A stretch of 46,116 bases of DNA from Bacteroidota bacterium (GTDB lineage: Bacteria > Bacteroidota > Bacteroidia > M30B66), in assembly GCA_947459155.1 (NCBI GenBank), contig CANHCM010000002.1, forward strand, positions 1 through 46,116, given 5' to 3'. Each line of letters begins with the position of its first letter. Within the stretch, counting starts at the first letter, position 1. The notes below the pieces were generated by a model that saw only the letters and a list, made by a program, of their open reading frames with translations, ran no database searches and was not told the origin of the DNA. The translations under genes were made by a program, and so were the position numbers. Shown piece by piece: positions 9,768 through 19,045 of this stretch.

Positions 9768-9870
9768 CCGGGGTTTTTTAGGATGACATTAAGTGCCGAA
9801 TGGGTTGTATGGCAAATGAATCTCAGCCCTTCCCGCAGACCACAATTCCCGGGTTTTTATTGGAATTAGC

Positions 9871-12363
9871 CTATTTCTGTGGCCTTCCCTTAGCTACCGG
9901 CATAGCTTTTAGCGGATCTTCCGGCCAGGCATGTTTAGGATAACGCCTTTGTAATTCCTTCTTCACCTCAAAGTAAGTCTTCGCCCAAAAGCTTCGCAAA
10001 TCGGCAGTGACTTGCACAGGTTTATAACCGGGCGATAGCAAATGCAACACCACCGAAGTTTTCCCACCGTTGATGCGAGGCGTATCAAGCATGCCAAACA
10101 ACTCCTGTAAACGAACCGCAAGCACAGGCACTCCGCCCGAAGGCTGATACTGGATACTTATTTTTGAGCCTGTGGGAACCGTCAGTTTTTCAGGGGCAAG
10201 CACTTCAAGTTGCTGCTGTTGATTCCAATCCAGAATTCCGCTTAAAATGCCCTTCAGCCCGAGCCCTTTAAAATCTTCAGGTTTGCGTATACCCTTCAAC
10301 ACATCATCGGTCCACAGTGTTTGATTGTTTAACAATGATACAGTATCGCTGAGGGGCCAATTTTGCTCGGGATTCCAAATTCGAAGCGACTCTATTCTCC
10401 ATTGCCATTGCTGGATGGCATCGTCGAAAGTAAGCATGTTTACACCTTCACTGGCAATCACCTTTCGGAGCAGTTCACCGAGCTTTTCGGCCGAAGGCGT
10501 TTGCATCGGCTTTGATTGTAAAACCAGACTTCCAATGCGAAGCTCTTTCTGGCATTGCAAGCCTCCTTTTCGGGTATCCCAATCAAGTATTTCACGCTCC
10601 TTTACCAAAGGCCTCAAGTCGCTGGGGCGTAACGGGGCGGCCAAAAAAATCTTCCCGTTTCCGTCGCGTTGATCAACATGCGCAACAGAAAGCCAGCTTT
10701 CGTGGGCCAAATCATCGTTGTGGTTTGCCCGCGCCAATTTCCCGTTGGCCATCATAAATTGGGCATTGTTTCCAGGCCTTGCTGAAGCAATCCTTTCAGG
10801 GTAAGCAAAAGCAATCAATAAACCGGCTTCGTAAGGATCAAATGCCTCTTTACCTGCCTCGACCTTAAGGAGGCGCGCATACGATTGTGATTGTTTGTCA
10901 ATCCGTTGAAACCTTCGCCCAATGCTATTTCTGCTTCGGTCGCGCCTTAAGAATTCAATTCGTTGATTAATATCAATTCCCGCTTCTTTACCCAAAGGGT
11001 CTTTCTCCTCTAACAATGCGGCTATATCGCAGGCCAATTGCTGCATTTCACGATTCTCCGCCATTAAAAGCATGTGCGCTATCCGCGGATGACAGGGGAG
11101 AGCATTCATTGCTTTTCCGTGCGCTGTGATCTTCCTGTTTTCAAGTGCTTCCAGCTCATGGAGTATTTCCGATGCATAACTCAAGGCTGCGTTTGGTGGA
11201 GGGTTTAGCCAGAATAAGCTGCCAGCATCATCAATGCCCCATTGTGCCAATTCTAACAACAATGCACTTAAATCGGCTTCGAGTATCTCAGGCCTTCGGT
11301 GCTCTTGTAAACGCTGATGGTCGGCCATTGACCAAAGCCTAACACAAACACCCGCGCTCAAACGTCCGGCTCTTCCGGCACGTTGGTCGGCAGCATCAAG
11401 GGTTACCGGAACGGTTACCAGTCTGCTCAAGCCCGACGAAGGATCGAATACAGCACTTCGGCTAAAGCCCGAGTCTATCACCACCCGAATTCCTTCGATG
11501 GTAAGGCTGGTTTCGGCAATAGATGTAGCCAGCACGACCTTGCGAACTCCACTCGAATTGGGCATGATGGCTTGCATCTGTTCCGAAGGAGGGAGTTGTC
11601 CGTAAAGCGGATGAATCTTCACTCCCATTAAGCTCCTCTCCAGCAACTCTGCACATTGCCTGATTTCTCCTTCGCCGGGAAGAAATACCAATATATCGCC
11701 GGCTTCTTCCCGAACAACATCAATCGTTGCCTTGGTCGCTTGTTCCGCAATCGCCATCTCGTTGAGGTTTCCACGGTAGCGGACTTCCACAGGAAACATC
11801 CTTCCCTCACTTTCCATCACTTCCGCTTGGAGAGCCTTGCTCAGACCCGGTAGGTTAAGGGTTGCCGACATGATTAAAATTCTTAGGTCGTTGCGCAAAA
11901 TGTGCTGGCATTCACGGCATAGCGCAAGCGCCAGATCAGCGTGGAGACTGCGTTCATGGAATTCGTCAAAAATCACCAGCCCAACCCCTTCCAATGCCAT
12001 GTCGCGTTGCAGCATTTTGGTTAGAATTCCTTCCGTAACAACTTCCAGACGAGTATGCGGCCCGGTTCGGCTTTCAAACCGAACGCGATATCCAACCGTC
12101 TCACCCACCTCTTCGCCTAACAGAGAGGCCATCCGCAGCGCAATAGTTTTTGCGGCTAATCGGCGCGGCTCAAGCATGATAATCTTTTGTCCTTGAAGAA
12201 ATGGGGCATCCAGCAATGTGAGCGGCAACAAGGTACTTTTACCCGCTCCGGGTGGTGCGCTCACAATAAGGGTGGATTGGTTTTCAAGTTTCAAGGCTAA
12301 ATCTTGAGCAATAGCCGCAACAGGCAATGAAAACGCGTCTTGATGTATACCCATACCCGGCAA
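9871..12363 (-). CDS. hrpB: ATP-dependent RNA helicase HrpB (DEAH-box)
   Basis: 830 aa with Walker A APPGAGKST, DEFHERS (motif II), SAT, a QRAGRAGR arginine finger and a long HrpB-type C-terminal domain. Confidence 0.9.
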   Translation of the reverse strand: MPGMGIHQDAFSLPVAAIAQDLALKLENQSTLIVSAPPGAGKSTLLPLTLLDAPFLQGQKIIMLEPRRLAAKTIALRMASLLGEEVGETVGYRVRFESRTGPHTRLEVVTEGILTKMLQRDMALEGVGLVIFDEFHERSLHADLALALCRECQHILRNDLRILIMSATLNLPGLSKALQAEVMESEGRMFPVEVRYRGNLNEMAIAEQATKATIDVVREEAGDILVFLPGEGEIRQCAELLERSLMGVKIHPLYGQLPPSEQMQAIMPNSSGVRKVVLATSIAETSLTIEGIRVVIDSGFSRSAVFDPSSGLSRLVTVPVTLDAADQRAGRAGRLSAGVCVRLWSMADHQRLQEHRRPEILEADLSALLLELAQWGIDDAGSLFWLNPPPNAALSYASEILHELEALENRKITAHGKAMNALPCHPRIAHMLLMAENREMQQLACDIAALLEEKDPLGKEAGIDINQRIEFLRRDRSRNSIGRRFQRIDKQSQSYARLLKVEAGKEAFDPYEAGLLIAFAYPERIASARPGNNAQFMMANGKLARANHNDDLAHESWLSVAHVDQRDGNGKIFLAAPLRPSDLRPLVKEREILDWDTRKGGLQCQKELRIGSLVLQSKPMQTPSAEKLGELLRKVIASEGVNMLTFDDAIQQWQWRIESLRIWNPEQNWPLSDTVSLLNNQTLWTDDVLKGIRKPEDFKGLGLKGILSGILDWNQQQQLEVLAPEKLTVPTGSKISIQYQPSGGVPVLAVRLQELFGMLDTPRINGGKTSVVLHLLSPGYKPVQVTADLRSFWAKTYFEVKKELQRRYPKHAWPEDPLKAMPVAKGRPQK

Positions 12364-12450
12364 AGGTAGCGATTGCCATCAGGCTGCCTCTCCACCGGCC
12401 CGGCGACTTCGCAGAAATTTGTATTTTGCGGCACTTTTAACGTTTGCCAA

Positions 12451-13557
12451 TTGAAAACAGCGCTCATTACGGGGATAACAGGTCAGGACGGCGCATATCT
12501 TGCCGAATTTTTGTTAAACAAAGGCTACAAAGTGCACGGCATCAAGCGACGGGCTTCTTTGTTCAACACCGATCGGATAGACCACCTGTATCAGGATCCA
12601 CACATCGACAATGCGAACTTTATTTTGCATTACGGAGATCTGACCGACTCCTCCAACCTTATTCGTATCATTCAGGAGGTTCAGCCCGACGAAATCTACA
12701 ATCTCGGTGCTATGAGCCACGTAAAAGTGAGCTTTGATGAGCCTGAATATACAGCCAATGTTGATGGTTTGGGAACACTACGCATACTCGAAGCCGTTCG
12801 TCTCTTAAACCTAACTTCGAAAACCCGAATCTATCAAGCCTCAACTTCCGAGCTTTATGGTTTGGTACAAGAAGTTCCACAGAAAGAAACCACTCCATTT
12901 TACCCACGGAGCCCTTATGCTGTAGCGAAACTCTACGGCTACTGGATTACAGTCAATTACCGCGAAGCCTACCAGATGTACGCAGTAAATGGCATCCTGT
13001 TTAACCACGAAAGTCCAAACCGGGGAGAAACATTCGTAACCCGAAAAGTAACCAGAGGTGTAGCGCAAATTGCCTGGGGCCTGAACGATAAACTCTACAT
13101 GGGTAATATTGATGCAAAGCGCGATTGGGGTCACGCCAAAGACTATGTAGAGGCCATGTGGCTTATGCTTCAGCAAGACAATCCCGAAGATTTTGTGATT
13201 GCCACCGGCGAAACCCGTACAGTACGTGAGTTCATCCAACGGGCTTTTGCCGAAGCAGGCATTGAAATCGAGTTTAAAGGCTCAGGGATTGATGAAAAAG
13301 CATTCATAACCGCGGTACACAATGCCGATTACCTCTGTCAGGTTGGTCAGGAAGTGATGAGCATCGATGCCGATTACTTCAGGCCTACCGAGGTTGAACT
13401 GTTAATTGGCGATCCAACTAAAGCGCAAACCAAGCTCAACTGGAAGCCCCGCTACAGCTTCGATGCTCTGGTCAAAGACATGGTAAAAAGCGATTTAGAG
13501 CTTTTCCGCAAAGAAAAGCACCTAAGCGAATTGAATACCGGAAAAGTTGCAGGCTAA
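12451..13557 (+). CDS. gmd: GDP-mannose 4,6-dehydratase
   Basis: [36 protein letters not shown] and [10 protein letters not shown] are typical Gmd sequences. I prefer the TTG at 12451 to the track start at 12373, whose 26 extra residues are unlike Gmd. The exact start is uncertain. Confidence 0.92.
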   Translation: MKTALITGITGQDGAYLAEFLLNKGYKVHGIKRRASLFNTDRIDHLYQDPHIDNANFILHYGDLTDSSNLIRIIQEVQPDEIYNLGAMSHVKVSFDEPEYTANVDGLGTLRILEAVRLLNLTSKTRIYQASTSELYGLVQEVPQKETTPFYPRSPYAVAKLYGYWITVNYREAYQMYAVNGILFNHESPNRGETFVTRKVTRGVAQIAWGLNDKLYMGNIDAKRDWGHAKDYVEAMWLMLQQDNPEDFVIATGETRTVREFIQRAFAEAGIEIEFKGSGIDEKAFITAVHNADYLCQVGQEVMSIDADYFRPTEVELLIGDPTKAQTKLNWKPRYSFDALVKDMVKSDLELFRKEKHLSELNTGKVAG

Positions 13558-14498
13558 TGGAAAAGAATAGTCGCATTTTTATTGCCGGACATCGAGGCAT
13601 GGTTGGTTCAGCCATCCACAGACTTCTTGTAAAGCAAGGGTTCACAAATCTGATTCTTAGAACTTCCTCCGAACTTGACTTGCGCAATCAGCAGGCAGTT
13701 AGCGATTTCTTTGATACCGAAAAGCCTGAGTATGTATTTCTGGCCGCGGCCAAAGTGGGAGGAATTCAGGCCAATAACATCTATCGCGCCGACTTTCTGT
13801 TCGACAACCTCGCCATCCAAAACAACATTATTCACAGTAGCTGGCGCAATGGCGTGAAGAAACTCCTGTTCCTGGGGTCATCCTGCATTTATCCGAAAAT
13901 GGCCCCTCAACCACTCAAGGAAGAGTACCTACTGAGTGGTTTGTTGGAGCCAACCAATGAACCCTATGCTATCGCCAAAATCGCGGGCATTAAGCTCTGC
14001 GAAAGCTTCAGACGACAGTATGGCTGTAATTTCATCTCAGCCATGCCAACCAACCTGTATGGGCCTAACGACAATTACGACCTGAACAATTCGCATGTTT
14101 TGCCTGCCTTACTTCGAAAAATGCACGAAGCCAAGCAGAGCAATTCGCCTTCGGTAAGTATTTGGGGAACAGGCACTCCTATGCGCGAATTTTTGCATGT
14201 GGATGACCTTGCGAAAGCTTGTTTGTTTCTCATGCTGAACTACAACGAAGAGTTATTTGTGAATGTTGGATATGGCTCCGATGTAAGCATTCGGGCTCTG
14301 GCCGAGCTGATCAAAGAGGTAGTTGGTTTCGAAGGGGCACTGGAATTCGACAGTTCCAAACCCGACGGAACTCCCAAAAAATTGATGGACTCTTCACGAT
14401 TATTGAGTTACGGTTGGAGTCCTGAAATTGACCTTCGACAAGGCATTTCAATGGTTTACGAGGAGGTGAAAGAAGCTCTGAACCAGCCCGTAGTTTAG
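13557..14498 (+). CDS. fcl: GDP-L-fucose synthase (GDP-4-keto-6-deoxymannose 3,5-epimerase/4-reductase)
   Basis: 313 aa with [20 protein letters not shown] and YAIAKIAG (SYK triad context). The TAATG junction couples it to gmd. Confidence 0.92.
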   Translation: MEKNSRIFIAGHRGMVGSAIHRLLVKQGFTNLILRTSSELDLRNQQAVSDFFDTEKPEYVFLAAAKVGGIQANNIYRADFLFDNLAIQNNIIHSSWRNGVKKLLFLGSSCIYPKMAPQPLKEEYLLSGLLEPTNEPYAIAKIAGIKLCESFRRQYGCNFISAMPTNLYGPNDNYDLNNSHVLPALLRKMHEAKQSNSPSVSIWGTGTPMREFLHVDDLAKACLFLMLNYNEELFVNVGYGSDVSIRALAELIKEVVGFEGALEFDSSKPDGTPKKLMDSSRLLSYGWSPEIDLRQGISMVYEEVKEALNQPVV

Positions 14499-14542
14499 AT
14501 TCAAACAGTTTTTGTACTCGATGCTTTTCGTTGAGTACCGCA

Positions 14543-14550
14543 TACATTTG
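14543..14550 (+). promoter_or_regulatory. Candidate -7 promoter box upstream of the UpxY-like gene
   Basis: TACATTTG is an exact TAnnTTTG, 62 nt upstream of the ATG at 14613. No well-spaced -33 TTG is present, so support is weak. Confidence 0.3.
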
Positions 14551-14612
14551 AAGTTTGACATGGGCCTTGAAATGAGTAGAAGGGATTTTTTTACATTGAA
14601 AACACTGATGCA

Positions 14613-15107
14613 ATGAATGCCTACTGGCATGTGTTTTACACCGCTTCACGCCAGGAGAAACTGTGCTGTGAGCGCCTCGAAAAGGCCGGGTTTTCTGTGT
14701 ATCTCCCCATCGTTGAGCAGCTTCGTCAATGGAGCGATAGAAAGAAAAAGGTTAAAGTTCCGCTGTTCTCCGGATATCTTTTTGTGAATTGCACCGATGC
14801 CCAAGTATCCATAATTTCAGGTTTTGCAGGCGTGGTAGGCCCATTGCGATTTGCCGATGGCTATGCGCAGGTTAGAGATCAGGAAATCAAAACAATCCAG
14901 TTGCTGATTTCCACGGGAGCCTTTGCCGAAGCAGTTGCCGGTGAAGTAACTGTGGGCGACAAGGTTGTCATCGATGATGGCCCCCTGAAAGGCATTGAAG
15001 GCAAATGTGTTATGGAAGGAGGAAGTAATTACATGTATGTAGAAGTGACTTCAATTAACCAAAGCATTCGGTTTAAATTACCTGCCGGCTTGTTAAGAAA
15101 AATTTGA
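14613..15107 (+). CDS. UpxY-family transcription antiterminator (NusG paralogue)
   Basis: 164 aa with an NGN-like N-terminus (WHVFYTASRQEK...LPIVEQLRQWSDRKKKVKVPLFSGYLFV) and a KOW-like C-terminus (VGDKVVIDDGPLKGIEGK). It heads a polysaccharide operon, as in Bacteroides capsule loci. Confidence 0.85.
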   Translation: MNAYWHVFYTASRQEKLCCERLEKAGFSVYLPIVEQLRQWSDRKKKVKVPLFSGYLFVNCTDAQVSIISGFAGVVGPLRFADGYAQVRDQEIKTIQLLISTGAFAEAVAGEVTVGDKVVIDDGPLKGIEGKCVMEGGSNYMYVEVTSINQSIRFKLPAGLLRKI

Positions 15108-15130
15108 ACTCCAATTCATACAATTACATG

Positions 15131-15158
15131 TTGTTAGATCAATTATTGAGTAAATTTG
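15131..15158 (+). promoter_or_regulatory. Putative promoter of the wHTH regulator gene
   Basis: TTG at 15131-15133, a 17-nt spacer, then TAAATTTG at 15151-15158 (exact TAnnTTTG), only 7 nt before the ATG at 15166. It is overlapped by a 7-bp inverted repeat (see findings). Confidence 0.35.
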
Positions 15159-15165
15159 CTACTCA

Positions 15166-15729
15166 ATGTTGGACGCCCTCATCACCTCTAAAACTCGTAT
15201 TCGCCTGTTGGTGAGGCTTTTCCTTAATCCGGCGATGAGCTCATATCTGCGTGAGTTGGCCGATGAGTTTGGTGAAAGCTCCAATGCTGTTCGTATTGAA
15301 TTAAACCGACTCACCGAGGCCGGTATACTGGAAAGTGAGTCGAAGGGTAAACTGGTGTTGTATAAGGCCCGGACATCCCATCCACTGTTTCCTGAAATCA
15401 GAAGTATTGTTGGAAAGATTACGGGAATCGATCAACTCTTGGAGGAAGTTATTTCCCGACTTGGTCAGCTCAAAAAAGCCTATCTGATTGGCGATTATGC
15501 CTCAGGTCGCGACAGTGGAATTATTGATATTCTTTTAGTGGGAGAAGTAAATAAAACCTATTTGGCCGAATTAATTGAAAAGGCCGAAAAATTAATTAAT
15601 CGTAGAATTCGCAGTTTGATTATGACGGAAGATGAGTTTATTAATTATATCAATAAAACTCAAAGTCCTATTGTGTTGCTGTGGAATGCGAATCAGCAGG
15701 AAACTAACACTTTGGGCACGCTTAAATAA
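15166..15729 (+). CDS. Winged-helix (ArsR-like) DNA-binding protein with a C-terminal degenerate nucleotidyltransferase-fold domain
   Basis: The N-terminus is SKTRIRLLVRLFLNP...YLRELADEFGESSNAVRIELNRLTEAGIL (wHTH). The C-terminus IGDYASGRDSGIIDILLVGE resembles the GSxxRG...DxD motif of minimal nucleotidyltransferases but lacks the second Asp. Confidence 0.7.
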   Translation: MLDALITSKTRIRLLVRLFLNPAMSSYLRELADEFGESSNAVRIELNRLTEAGILESESKGKLVLYKARTSHPLFPEIRSIVGKITGIDQLLEEVISRLGQLKKAYLIGDYASGRDSGIIDILLVGEVNKTYLAELIEKAEKLINRRIRSLIMTEDEFINYINKTQSPIVLLWNANQQETNTLGTLK

Positions 15730-15748
15730 CAGGTCTTTGGTTGTAATT

Positions 15749-15788
15749 CTAAGTTAACTTAGCAACCTTGGTCCTTTTGAATCAAAAG
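15749..15788. repeat. Two perfect palindromes in the leader before wzm
   Basis: CTAAGTTAACTTAG (15749-15762) and CTTTTGA-A-TCAAAAG (15774-15788). Both were read directly from the sequence. Confidence 0.8.
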
Positions 15789-15854
15789 CCTGCTCACCCA
15801 TTATGGGACTGAGGAGGCGAAGCTCTGAAAATACCGCAACAACGCTTTTAACAA

Positions 15855-16703
15855 ATGAATCAATCTGCAGATTCTTGGTCTAAAGTCATCCAGCCTAAAT
15901 CAAGTCTTCTTGACTTGAAATTAAAAGAGGTTTGGGAGTACCGCGACCTCATCATGATTTTCGTACGCCGCGATATTGTTGCTGTGTATAAACAAACGGT
16001 TCTCGGGCCACTGTGGTTCTTCTTGGGGCCATTGTTTACTGTGGTTACTTTCACCTTTGTCTTTAGAAATATTGCCAATATCTCCACCGAAAATATTCCC
16101 GCTCCAATATTTTACTTAGCAGGTACCACCTTGTGGAATTATTTCAGTGCGTCATTTACCGGAACATCAAATATTTTCGTAGCAAACGCCAGTATATTCG
16201 GTAAAGTCTATTTTCCACGTCTGGTAGCTCCTATCTCACAAATCATCTCAAATCTTTTAAAATTCTTTATTCAGTTATTGATGTTTTTTATTTTTTGGGT
16301 TTATTACTACTTAAATGGACAGATATCAATTAATATTTATGCATTATTGTTTCCGGTACTGGTCATTTTAATGGCTTTGATGTCGCTTGGAATTGGCATT
16401 ATCATTTCTTCAATGACCACGAAGTACAGGGATTTACAGAATTTTATTGGATTCGGACTTACGCTATTGATGTACGCAACACCCGTAATTTATCCGATAT
16501 CAGCCATCCCGGAAGCTTACCAGCCATTCATTCAATTTAATCCACTCTCCCCAATTATTGAGACATTCCGTTATGGATTTACCGGAGCCGGAACATTTAG
16601 TTGGGGCGCTTTAGCCTATTGCTCAGGATTCACTGCCGTTGTTCTGTTAATTGGACTGATCATGTTCAACCAAACCGAACGGACCTTCATGGATACGGTT
16701 TAA
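15855..16703 (+). CDS. wzm: ABC-2 type polysaccharide exporter permease (Wzm)
   Basis: 282 aa with six hydrophobic segments and the typical N-terminus (LKEVWEYRDLIMIFVRRDIVAVYKQTVLGPLWFFLGPL). It is followed directly by the ATPase. Confidence 0.87.
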   Translation: MNQSADSWSKVIQPKSSLLDLKLKEVWEYRDLIMIFVRRDIVAVYKQTVLGPLWFFLGPLFTVVTFTFVFRNIANISTENIPAPIFYLAGTTLWNYFSASFTGTSNIFVANASIFGKVYFPRLVAPISQIISNLLKFFIQLLMFFIFWVYYYLNGQISINIYALLFPVLVILMALMSLGIGIIISSMTTKYRDLQNFIGFGLTLLMYATPVIYPISAIPEAYQPFIQFNPLSPIIETFRYGFTGAGTFSWGALAYCSGFTAVVLLIGLIMFNQTERTFMDTV

Positions 16704-16727
16704 GTTAATTCCTCAAAACACAGCGCA

Positions 16728-18029
16728 ATGTCGACAGTTATCAAGGTAGAAAATCTCTCAAAGCAGTATCGGCTTGGACTTGTAGGGACCGGCACGCTTC
16801 GCGATGACCTCATTGGTTGGTGGTACAACCTTCGAGGAAAAGAAAACCCAATTCACAAAATAGGCGAAGTGAACGACAGAACCCAGAAAAGTCAATCCGA
16901 CTATGTGTGGGCGCTGCAAAACATCAACTTCGAGGTCCAACAAGGCGATGTGATGGGCATCATTGGCCGAAATGGTGCCGGAAAATCCACACTGCTGAAA
17001 CTCCTCTCACGGGTAACCGCGCCAACCACAGGGAGCATCAAACTTAAAGGACGAATTGCCTCGCTATTGGAGGTTGGAACCGGGTTTCATCCAGAATTGA
17101 CAGGAAAGGAAAACATCTTTTTGAATGGAGCAATTCTCGGAATGCGCAAACATGAAATCAAAAGAAGATTTGACGAGATCGTGCACTTCGCGGGAGTTGA
17201 ACGATACATCGACACGCCGGTGAAACGATATTCTTCCGGAATGTACGTGCGCCTCGCATTTGGAGTGGCTGCTCACCTTGAATCTGAAATATTGATTGTC
17301 GATGAAGTACTCGCCGTTGGTGACGCTGAATTCCAAAAGAAATGTTTGGGAAAAATGGGCGACATCAACAAAGGTGAAGGACGGACCATTCTTTTTGTGA
17401 GCCACAACATGGCCTCTGTGCGCGAATTATGCAATAGAGCCATGATTCTCGAAAAGGGCACCGTGGCTCAAATTGGTCCTGTTGAAAAACTGGTACGCTC
17501 TTATGTTCAGAACCCCTTGCTGGTGAAAAGCGAAAACGATCTGATGGACGACGCGAAAAGCCGTCGTGGCCATGGGGAAGTTCGCTTCATTAAAATCGAA
17601 ATCAACAAAGGGCAAACTTTCCTGGATCCCGACAAAGAAATTGTCATCCAGTTTAACTGCAAAGTATTTAAACCCGTCTCCGAACTGTATTGCTACATGG
17701 CGGTGAAGGGGGTGCTTAATTCAGATTTTGTAACTTCAGTCGGACCGGCAAGAATCGCCGATATTCCACTCTCAGATGGCCAAGTTGTTCAGTTTACAAT
17801 GACTATTCCCGCCGGAACACTAAGAACAGGAATGTACCCTTTGTATTTCTGGATAGGTAAACTTAAAGAAGGTCCAATTGGAGAAAATTATCCTTATGAT
17901 GTAATCGACTCGGTGTATTACTTAAATATTACTTCCGATAAAAACGAAAGAGATTTGGGGTACAATCCCGACCAACCAGGGGGCTATTTCAATATGCCCG
18001 TTAAATTGTCTGATGTAACTTTCATTTGA
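16728..18029 (+). CDS. wzt: ABC polysaccharide exporter ATPase (Wzt) with an extra C-terminal domain of about 170 aa
   Basis: Walker A GRNGAGKST, signature YSSGMYVRLAF, Walker B ILIVDE and an H-loop VSHN. Residues about 265-433 lie beyond the NBD and look beta-rich, like the glycan-binding domain of O-antigen Wzt proteins. Confidence 0.9.
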   Translation: MSTVIKVENLSKQYRLGLVGTGTLRDDLIGWWYNLRGKENPIHKIGEVNDRTQKSQSDYVWALQNINFEVQQGDVMGIIGRNGAGKSTLLKLLSRVTAPTTGSIKLKGRIASLLEVGTGFHPELTGKENIFLNGAILGMRKHEIKRRFDEIVHFAGVERYIDTPVKRYSSGMYVRLAFGVAAHLESEILIVDEVLAVGDAEFQKKCLGKMGDINKGEGRTILFVSHNMASVRELCNRAMILEKGTVAQIGPVEKLVRSYVQNPLLVKSENDLMDDAKSRRGHGEVRFIKIEINKGQTFLDPDKEIVIQFNCKVFKPVSELYCYMAVKGVLNSDFVTSVGPARIADIPLSDGQVVQFTMTIPAGTLRTGMYPLYFWIGKLKEGPIGENYPYDVIDSVYYLNITSDKNERDLGYNPDQPGGYFNMPVKLSDVTFI

Positions 18030-19036
18030 TGCTAAACAACAAATCCATACTCATTACCGGAGGAACAGGCTCCCTCGGTAAAGCGCTAACCAAGCGAATT
18101 CTAACAGATTGGCCCAACGTAAAGCGGTTGGTCATCTTTTCCAGAGATGAACAAAAGCAATTTCTGATGGAGCAGGAATTTCCTGCTTCTAAATATCCCG
18201 CGATACGCTATTTTATTGGTGATGTTCGTGATTACGAGCGCCTCAAACGCGCATTTACCGGAGTTGATTATGTAATTCATGCCGCCGCCATGAAGCATGT
18301 CCACATCGCTGAATACAATCCCGATGAGTGCGTGAAGACCAACGTGGGTGGTGCCGAAAATGTAATCAGAGCCTCGCTGGAAACCAATGTCGACCGCGTC
18401 GTAGCACTGTCTACCGATAAGGCCTGTGCACCGATAAACTTGTACGGTGCAACTAAATTGACCTCTGATAAGTTGTTTATTTCTGCCAATAATATCAAAG
18501 GCGTGAATCCCATTCGCTTCTCTGTTGTTCGCTACGGAAACGTTATGGGCTCCAATGGTTCGGTAATTCCCTTCTTCCTGAAGAAGAGAAAAGAAGGAGT
18601 TTTGCCAATTACCGACCCTTCCATGACACGCTTTAATATTTCCTTAGATGAAGGCGTAAACATGGTTCTCTATGCACTTGAGCACGCATGGGGAGGAGAA
18701 CTGTTTGTTCCTAAAATACCATCTTACAGATTAGTGGATGTAGCCGAAGCCATTGGGCCTGAATGTGAAAAACCAATTGTTGGAGTGCGGCCGGGAGAGA
18801 AAATTCATGAGGAAATGATTACCTCCTCTGATAGCTACAACACCTACGATTTAGGAAAGTATTTTGTAATTCTCCCTTCTACACTCTCAAAGTGGAAGTT
18901 GGATGACTTTATCAAACAATTTGGAGCCACTAAAGTACCCATTGGTTTTAGTTATAATTCCGGAGATAACACTGAATGGGAGACAGTAGATTCACTCCGT
19001 GAACTGATTAAACAACACGTTGATGCTGACTTTTAA
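18029..19036 (+). CDS. pseB: UDP-N-acetylglucosamine 4,6-dehydratase (inverting), PseB/FlaA1
   Basis: The sequence aligns by eye along its whole length with Helicobacter/Campylobacter PseB as I recall them. Matching stretches include ILITGGTGSLGK, FIGDVRD, HAAAMKHV.IAEYNP.ECVKTN, LSTDKA..PINLYGATKL and FSVVRYGNVMGSNGSVIPFF. The ATG at 18029 overlaps the wzt stop. Confidence 0.9.
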   Translation: MLNNKSILITGGTGSLGKALTKRILTDWPNVKRLVIFSRDEQKQFLMEQEFPASKYPAIRYFIGDVRDYERLKRAFTGVDYVIHAAAMKHVHIAEYNPDECVKTNVGGAENVIRASLETNVDRVVALSTDKACAPINLYGATKLTSDKLFISANNIKGVNPIRFSVVRYGNVMGSNGSVIPFFLKKRKEGVLPITDPSMTRFNISLDEGVNMVLYALEHAWGGELFVPKIPSYRLVDVAEAIGPECEKPIVGVRPGEKIHEEMITSSDSYNTYDLGKYFVILPSTLSKWKLDDFIKQFGATKVPIGFSYNSGDNTEWETVDSLRELIKQHVDADF

Positions 19037-19045
19037 ATCGCCGCT

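Noticed and set aside
9844-9867. AATTCC...GGAATT inverted repeat between the convergent 8190 ORF and hrpB
   Set aside because: It has a 6-bp AT-rich stem, and the embedded T5 run is inside the loop, so it is not a convincing terminator.
10325-12196. Several plus-strand ORFs of 65-119 aa inside hrpB
   Set aside because: They are antisense to an 830-aa helicase with all motifs intact, and their Arg/Ser-rich composition is typical of shadow frames.
12373-12450. N-terminal extension of gmd in the ORF track (start 12373)
   Set aside because: The extra 26 residues ([25 protein letters not shown]) do not resemble Gmd. They would also leave only 9 nt between the divergent hrpB and gmd starts. The TTG at 12451 gives the canonical N-terminus.
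12841-13239. 132-aa minus-strand ORF inside gmd
   Set aside because: It is antisense to a highly conserved enzyme gene and has no motifs.
14499-14612. Invertible (phase-variable) promoter upstream of the UpxY-like gene, as in Bacteroides capsule loci
   Set aside because: The only inverted repeat here is a 6-bp one (GTACTC at 14515-14520 and GAGTAC at 14533-14538). There are no long flanking inverted repeats and no nearby recombinase gene.
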